Shown piece after piece: positions 37,101-46,100 of a stretch of DNA of 64,000 bases. Below the pieces are notes generated by a model. It did no database searches. It had not been told where the DNA came from and worked only from the letters and a program-made list of their open reading frames with translations. Position 1 is the stretch's first letter. Every line of letters begins with the position of its first letter. The position numbers and the translations under genes are program-made. The DNA is from Promethearchaeota archaeon (GTDB lineage: Archaea; Asgardarchaeota; Lokiarchaeia; Sigyniarchaeales; SOKP01): NCBI GenBank assembly GCA_019057795.1, contig JAHLWS010000074.1, forward strand, positions 1 through 64,000, in the 5' to 3' direction.

Positions 37101-40100
37101 AAGGCACAGAATTTTCAATCGTTTACAAGCTAAAATTTGATTTCGAATCAAAAAGTTTCGGAAAGATTACTTTAGGTTATACCAATAATTACAATGAAAG
37201 TTCGATCGAGCTTCAATTACCGGACGGATTCTTACCGGATAGCGATGAAGCCGTAGCTCCTATGTTTACTCGATTTTCAGATAATTTTACGGGCGATGGA
37301 ACCCAAACTCAGTTTATCATGAGCTATGGACTTAGCGGAGTATCTCAATGGGACGGAAATTTCGTTATATATAACGAGGAAGAACTAATCTCCCAATTTG
37401 GAGCCTTTGATGAAGGAGTTTCTTCAGGACATCCTACTATCACTTTTACTGTAAAACCTCCTCCTGCCCAATCAAAGATTAACGTCACTTACGGAGTTAA
37501 ATCTCAATACGATCTTTCTTACGGATTCCAGAAAATCAATAAGTCTTATAGCGATTCAATAAGGCTAATGAGTAACGATGACACATCACCTCAAATAATT
37601 GACGAAGCTGATAGCGGACTGTCCACCCGAGTTCTTGACAATTCGTCTTTGTATATTTCATTGGATAATTCGGAAGAAAAAACAACTCTTAAATTATTAC
37701 AGGTACCTTTATTGTTTGCTCCTGAACTTAATCTTACTTTTACTTTTGATCAAATAGTACTGGATTATATCGAATCTTTTGATAACGATTTTAACAACCT
37801 TACTATCGAATTTAAATATATTACGAAGGATGGATATTACGAATTTTATTCCGACCCAAAAATAATCCCTCTGAATTATTCCGAAATTTCGCCTGATATT
37901 ATAGGTAATAGTTATTCTATTCTGTATAACAAAGACCTTCAGCCAATTTACGACATGGTTGGGACTGATAGTATCGATATTGAAATAACGCTATATCAAG
38001 CGGGAAATAGTGTTAATTACGCTCCATATATAATTTTAGAAGAATTTGAATATCTATCCGATACCCACATTGTTGAGATGTACGATAGAATGCCTCGTGA
38101 TTATTACGGAAACATGGATATAGACGCCGTAATTAATACGCCTCATTACTTCCAAGTATTCTCGAAACCATTAGTCGATTGTGAGTGGGGAGATTCGCCG
38201 TTTAATCTAATAGACGGAAGCGAAGTTACGGTAGGGCTTAAAGGCTTGCCTAACTCTTCCTTAGTTTCTTTAGATTACGATGGAGAGACTTATGGCATAG
38301 ACTATTGGGGTTCGGAGAAAACGCTTCCAGTAAATCTTGAAAATTTCTTTATGATCCCTAACTTGGGAATGTATACAGATACTTACAACATAGAAGAGAC
38401 TTCTTATCAAGACGGATATTTAGACCTCTATTACGGCTCAGGTACGGAAATCGATGGAGAGAAGCTTTATACCTCGACAATCTATATGGATTACGAAAGT
38501 AGTCCAGTCGCCGATTATCGTTCGAGTATTTTAGATAATACTCCAACTTCATGGGCAACAACATTTGATTTTGCTGATAAATTTTTAACCACTTATGAAA
38601 TGGAAGTAGAAGGACGCGTATTCTATCATCAAGTATTTGATTTAGATACGGATATAAACACCACTTCCGAGATGAACGATATCTTCCCTGATTACAATAC
38701 AAATATCTATTTCGGTCTGCAATTACCTTCCGACCTTGATATTGATGAGATTAGAGAGATCGGTTTACCCTATTCGTACGCGTTATCCATTCAAGGATTT
38801 CCAGTCGGAGATTATAAAGACGAATATTGTTTCGCACTCCCAACGGATAGCGGAGATTTCAATCCGACCACCGACCCATATCTACTCGAGAGTGATACGG
38901 AATACGCTTTAGAATTTGACGAATACGGAGCGCCATACATTCTATTCTTTAAACCGGTTGGAGATTTAAGCACTTATACGGACGCTCAAAATAAGATCAT
39001 GATCGATTATTGGGCAAATCACGAATTTATCGATAATCGCGATTATTACATCCACGAAAACCCAATAGACACATTTATTTCGCAGATCGAATGGGATTAC
39101 AGCTACGTAGATACTGACAATTTTAACCTCCACCCCGACTTTACATACGATACCAGCTTTACCGTGAATTATTACGCCTTAGAATGGGAAATTTTCAACG
39201 AGGACTATATTAAAGACGGCGACGATATATTTACCTTCCAACAGAGAGAATTTTACAACATTTCTGTGTTATATACGGGAGATACAAGCACCGATGAATT
39301 TAGCGTACAATATATCGTACCCGAGGGTCAATATTTAGAAGATCATATAATCTTCCCAACTATCTATGCATTGGCTCAGATTGATGACGATGAGGAAACA
39401 ATGAGAGTAATTGAAATTTACAATAGTTTGTTGCAAAATTATATTTCTCAAAATGCTCCTGATTCGTACAATTATACCGTTGATTTCGCCGAAATTGAAA
39501 CTTATATTAATACCTATTTCCCAAGCTATCAATTGGTTGAAAATTCTTTTATGTATATAACCACCGAATATAACTCTACTCTACTGCGATATCCAATGGG
39601 CCATACGCCGTTCAATTACGACTATTTAGGACCAGATCATTACGCCTACCATATCGCTCTATATATCAACGGTGAGTTTATCGCATATTCAAACGAAACC
39701 TTATTTAACGATTACGTGTTAAAAGTTGAAGATAATTATATTTATTTCAATAATAAGTCAAGAGGTCAAGCAGGTTATATCGACCCCGATAGTGAAATTC
39801 AACTAACTTATAAATTTAAACTTCAACCTGGATTACTTGATAGAAAACATTTTATGATAATTACCTATCCGTGGACGAATGTTTTTGAAACTGTTTTTGA
39901 TCCAGTCTTAGGTGACGAACAATTAACTTATAGAGAAAAATATAGAAAATTAAGCGGAGGCTCCATAATTACGCCTTTTGAATATAGCCTTTCTATTAAT
40001 ACGAAATATACCCTTTACTTAAGTTATCGCTTAAATCAGAGAGAATATTACGAAGAACGGTTTGAGATAAAATCCGAGTACTATGACAGCGCTGAAGGCG

Positions 40101-43100
40101 GCTACGTGTATAAATTTATTTCCCAAGAGCTCGATAATTACATCGATGTGCTTGAGGATGAAAAAGGGGATTCTGTTAACGTCTTTTATTTCGATGCTCA
40201 AGGCAAAATGATATTCTTAGACGCTTCTCATTACAAAGTTACTATTGGTTCGAGACAAATAGTTATTAAAAACGATGGAAACGAATTAGTAGCTTCACAC
40301 GGAGAATTTTACGTGTCCTTTATCTCGGACTACAACGATAAAGAACTTTTAAATTATCGCTTTTCTTACGACCCCGCAACGGATATAACAGCAACCTTAG
40401 ATGTAAATTATTGGGATGTTATTGACGCAGAGGGTATAGGCGTTATTCCAAATTTAGACGCGCCTTACTTCATGAACGAAGGAGAGACCACTCTGCAAAA
40501 CGTTGTGTGTCAAGCTTCTCAAATTGCTGCGTATCTTAGCGAAGGAACCAAATTAGAATTTAATTTAGAAGCAGAATTACAGGGATACGACCAACAATTG
40601 CTTGATGGAATACGCGATGGCAACTATTCAGCGCTCTATATTGATACAAATATTAAAAACATAGATAGTTTAGATAATCTTACTATTGAACTCTACGACT
40701 CTTCAGGTATAATGTCTGAATTTTCTCAGAACATGACCAGAGATGAGTTGATAATGTACGACTACAACATCAAAATTAACTTGCCAACAGATACAAATAC
40801 GCTAAAAAAGATTAGACTCGTTCCATTTTTCAGATCAGATAACGAATATAACGCGGATAATACTATAGGCATTAGCAGAATTCAAGCAATGGTCTGGGAT
40901 AATGAGCTTGTTTCCTTCATGGAAGACGATCAAGAGTATATGCACGTGAATTTAGAGCACGATTTAAAGACAGATATAAGCGGATACAAATTAGCTTACA
41001 TTTATAACGATAAATTACAATACCTCGCCTACCCTGACGGTGTTTCGATTACATATACCAAGGATATGGATATATACACTTTACATATTCCAAGCGTCTA
41101 TCTTAACCCTGACACGAACGAAACTACGAGATTTCTGGAAGGGCAAGAAATTGTTTTGCGATACAATTCGCCCGTAAAGAAAGGCATAGCTGTCGGTATT
41201 GGTAAATTATACTTTGAGAACAAAGGATATAATTACGACTCGCATCCAGATATTCCTAAAGCAGAATTATTACTGGTTAACGCTAATTCTTCGGATACCA
41301 ACACTTACGCTTACTCCGAATTTATTAACGATTATTATTATCAAGCCCCAATACAGATAACTCCGTTTGATACCGAATATAACGGCAAATATAAAGCTAT
41401 AAAGATCGATTTGAATATATCCGCTTTATTAGAAGCAGAAGGTCGTTTTGAACTAGATCTCAGTCATATCGTCTTTTCGGTACCGAATCCTTCTTACGAA
41501 TTAACCATTAGTGAAGTACTTATCTTGGAAGAATCGTACAAACCAAACTTACAATATGGAAGTATGGACGAACGGGTATGGCAATATACCGAGGTCGAGA
41601 TGTTTACCGCAAGCGCTAATCCGGAAGAGGATTCTTATCAATTAGCCCTAGAAAACGCCCCGTTATTCTATCCTGATACGGAATGGTTAGATTATCTCAA
41701 TATTTTTGACGAGGATGGCAACTACTATACAGCAGGAATCACAGGAGACGACCATCAATTACATTTCGAACCTTCAACTAACACGTTTACTTGGAACCCA
41801 TCGTTTAACCAGTACCCCGAATATTTCGGCATGGAATTCGAAGAGCCGTTATCGATTGAGCCTAATAAAACGCTTTATTTCGGATACGTCACCAATACCT
41901 CTTGGGCAGAACCGATCCTAATCGAAGCGGAGAACATTGATCTCGATTCTATTCGCGTAATTTACGATTATAACTATCTACTGAAACCGGAGTTTTACGA
42001 TTGGTACGCTACATTGAACCTTAGTGCCCAACATTCCTACGAGAATATCGCGTATTCCTTTAAAGAAGAATCCGAATATAAGGTTGTTCAGTATTATTAC
42101 GAGGAGTTTACCGTATATAGCGACGCTTCTCAATACACCCATACGTTTGATATAGGCGGGCTTTCTTTTGAAAACGATTTTGTCAACTTAAGCGTGTTTA
42201 AAGTGGTTGGTTTAACTCCCACTTTAGAAACCGAAATTTTGACAAATAACGACAATTTTTCGATTAAATTTAATGCAAATACGAAAGAATTAAATATAAC
42301 AGATTTGAACTTAGAAAACGGTTTATTGAATGTTTTTGATCAAATTACTGCTATTTTAAATTATTCATACGGTCCAATTTCTAGCTTTTCCGAGATTTAT
42401 TTATCGCCCGAATTTAACATTACTTACTTAACCGATCCGGAAGAAACCTTCTTTAGCAATGTCGATATCGATTATAACTATCGATCAAAATCGGGCACAG
42501 CTCTATTTGGAGAAGGTTCTGCAACCATTAATAGCGACGATACTTCATTTGTTCCTATTGATTTCTGTCGAAATCCCGATATGAGCACCGATTATCAATT
42601 AAACGGCTACGGTTCGGAGTTATTTGATAATTTTGAGATTTACCAAGACGAAAGCTCTATAATCTACGTAGCAGACATAGATATGGACGGGGAACCTGAC
42701 TATAAGCACACGATCGATGTAGACAAAGACGGAAAGATCGATGTTATTAGATACGGCCTTGACGATCCGCAGGGTTCCGGTGAGATTTATTGGCATACGG
42801 TTATTCAAGATTTTGAAAGTCGAGAAATTAAAGTAAAGCGAGAATTAGAAGAAGAGAAAAGAACCGAATGGTTTGACATAGATGACCGCGCATTTGCCTA
42901 TTACGATTTTAATGTTTTGAAATTACTATCAATTGTACTTGGATTACCTTTGTTATCGTATCATATTGCCAAAATGATGCTTCCCGACGTAGACTATTGG
43001 GCTCAAAAATCTATTCAGCAATTAGTCCAGAAACAGGAGTACGTAAAATCTTCCTTCTACAGCGTGACGATTGATAACGACAGGGATGGCTACACCGATT

Positions 43101-46100
43101 CTCAGATAAATTACGAGAAAACAGACGTTAACATATATTACGATATTAGCGAATATAAGAAAACAATTATTGCTGCCAAGCATCAAGATATCGTTACCTA
43201 TTTAGGAGAGTACATTGCCAAAAGTATAAGTTCCTTATTCACGGGCTCCCGAGACGATCCGATTTTTAACGACCAGTTAACCGAAGCCCATCTCGACTCT
43301 TCCGATTTTGGCTCTTGTAATTTATATACCCAGATGAATGCAGCTGTTTTGAACGCGACATACAGAAAATTCTCTGAATATACCCTCTCGTCTTATATCG
43401 ATACACTTGAGCGCTCCACATTGACCGTAATCGGCTGGAACGAAGGAGAGATCGAAGAGCAAAGGATTTATACGGACGATTTTGAGAACGGAGAGATTGA
43501 AAATGCGGACGACTTTTTCTCGAGCTTATCGGCAGAGCATTCGGTCACCGACATTGACACGGGACAAGAAGTTACCGTTGATTTCGACTCAGAATTTCCA
43601 TACACTCATCCAGCTAATATTAGTTGGGATTGCGAAACATGGGGTCCCGATAACGTTCCTATTAAATACGACTCCTTGCAGGTGATAGGAGAAGATTATT
43701 ATTATGCTACAAATAAATTCGAAAAAGAAATTATTATTAGAATTCCGAATCGATTCTCGTTATACAACGATTTTGGTAAAGTTAGTAAGTTCAGCGTGGA
43801 AGACGGCGGTTGGGTTGAGTTTAAAGTTAAAGGTATGCTTATAACCCCTCCCGATGGTCAAGTATATTATACTTCCGATGTCGATTCCTTTGTTTCCGAT
43901 TCAGCAAAAGTTAGCGGGTTTTACTTCTACGTGGATTCTGATTTGAATGGATTTTTTGAAACAGTTTATATTCTAAACGATTACTATACTTTGGATGCTT
44001 CAGGTACTCCAGTATATACCGTTATGTCAATAGGAATGAATTACGATGGTATTCACGATTTTGCACCCTACGAACGATTATACGACAGAGAGCTCGTAGT
44101 CTCTAATTTCGAGACGTTGACGCAAGAATCCGTCATGTTTGGAAGCGATTGGATTTACAATTTCAGGCACTTAAAGGACGAAGATCTTTTGAAAGAAACC
44201 GAATCTAAATTGGAAGAAAACAACTTAAAACCAAAAGACCAAATATTTGAGATTTACAAACTCGTACAAATGAGCGAGCAAAACAGCGAATTTTCCGAGT
44301 TATTCTACGAAATTAGGCACAAGACTTATTCAACCGCGTGGGAGCAATATAAAGAGCAATTAATAGGAGATATTGCCGAACAAGTGTTCATGTCGGTCAC
44401 TGCCTCCCTTCTTAGCGCGACGGTGGAAGCCATCCTTACCGGAGCCACATTTGGTTTCGGATGGCCAGCTGCTAAAGCTGCTGCGACTTTAACTTATATG
44501 GGAGTCTATACTTTAATGACTAAATTTTACGTCGACATAGACCTCGCCAAAGCAGAAGCTGAAAAGCGCTCTCAATCGTTCTACTCGGTTTCGAGCGAGA
44601 CTCGTGAGCCTACTTCCCTTAACGAAAAAAACGCCTTGGATAGGGTTCTCGGCGATAGCATGGCGGCAGCACTTATAGGACATCCTGGCGGATATTACAC
44701 CGAGGTGAGTGGAGGAGAACCGGGTAATATGTATACAGGTCAGCTACTAGTAAGTCCTCCCAATCTTTTACGCATGCTTTATTCGTTTGAAGGCTTTTTA
44801 GATTTACTTTGGGAAAACCTCTGGAGCATGGGAGAATCGGACCCCGATGTTTACGCCGCTCTCGATTTTGACGACATTAATTTGGATTACTTTTTACTCA
44901 CTAGCGAATTACCCTCTTACAATCAGAACCCCTATTACACCTACGAGAACGCGGACGGTATTTTTGATTTGTACAACATGTATGCCCTAAACACCTTAGG
45001 CTACCTCGAAACTCAAGTAAGTCAAGCTTCTAACGGGCAGTACGACGCAATTCGAGCGACCTGCATAGACGGAAGACCACAATACGAGTTTATTAATAGC
45101 ACCTTGTACCAAGCAGTAAGACCGCAAAGCGTGTTATATAGACCGATCGTGTTAAGCCAAGAAAGGTACGACCAACTACAACCAGCGCCCGGTAGTTTAG
45201 TAGTAAAAGCCCGATGTAAAGATTATAGCAACACTATCGGAATAGACGCTTACGCAATGGGCGATGTGGAGCGCGAGGTGTACGCGGCAAAAGTTCCGCT
45301 CAACGACAACGGTTTTGAGTACCCTATTCGACACATTTCAATTGACGTGGTAAAGTACAACATTTACACCGGCTTCAGTTATTTTGTTAAGGGTCTTATC
45401 GTGAACGAGTCGGATTATTCTATCGATCTTGGCAACCTCTATTTCGCGAAATCCATCGAAGCGATCGTATCGGAAAAACATAGCGGGTTCGAAGACTTTT
45501 TAAGCTACGCGTTAGCACACGAAATAATAGAATCGAAAATTTACTTTAACATTCACATAGTTTTTGACGTGTTTATCCCCGACACCACTGAAGAGACAAG
45601 CAGGTTGGCTTTAGCCCAAGCAACATCCCATACAATCATGGATTATTTTAATCAGTACGTTTTTGCGGAAGTTTCGGCTAATTCTATTTCAGAGATTGCC
45701 TACACAGAGACTATGACTTTCTGGTCTACTTTAATCAGCGCTCCCCTCGTGTATTTCGGCTCCTGGGCTATAAAAGGCACGGATAAGATGATGGGCGAGG
45801 CATCAGTAAAGTTAATTAAAGCGGGGGAAATAACTAGAGGACAAGCGATTAAACAAATGCTACTTAAATCATTTGCCGGCATGGCTCTAAGCCCCATTAA
45901 AGAAGTATTTGAAGAAATCATTAAAGACGGGTTTACTGAAGCGTTAGCAGAGAATCTCATCGACATGGCGGGAGGAACGGACGACTTAGGTTTCTGGGTC
46001 TCTTCCTTTATTACTTCCAGAAGAGAAACTACGGGAGCGTTAGGACAATTAGCGCTCGGAGACGCCAGCGTAGCTTTCGGGGACGCCAACCTAAAGACAA

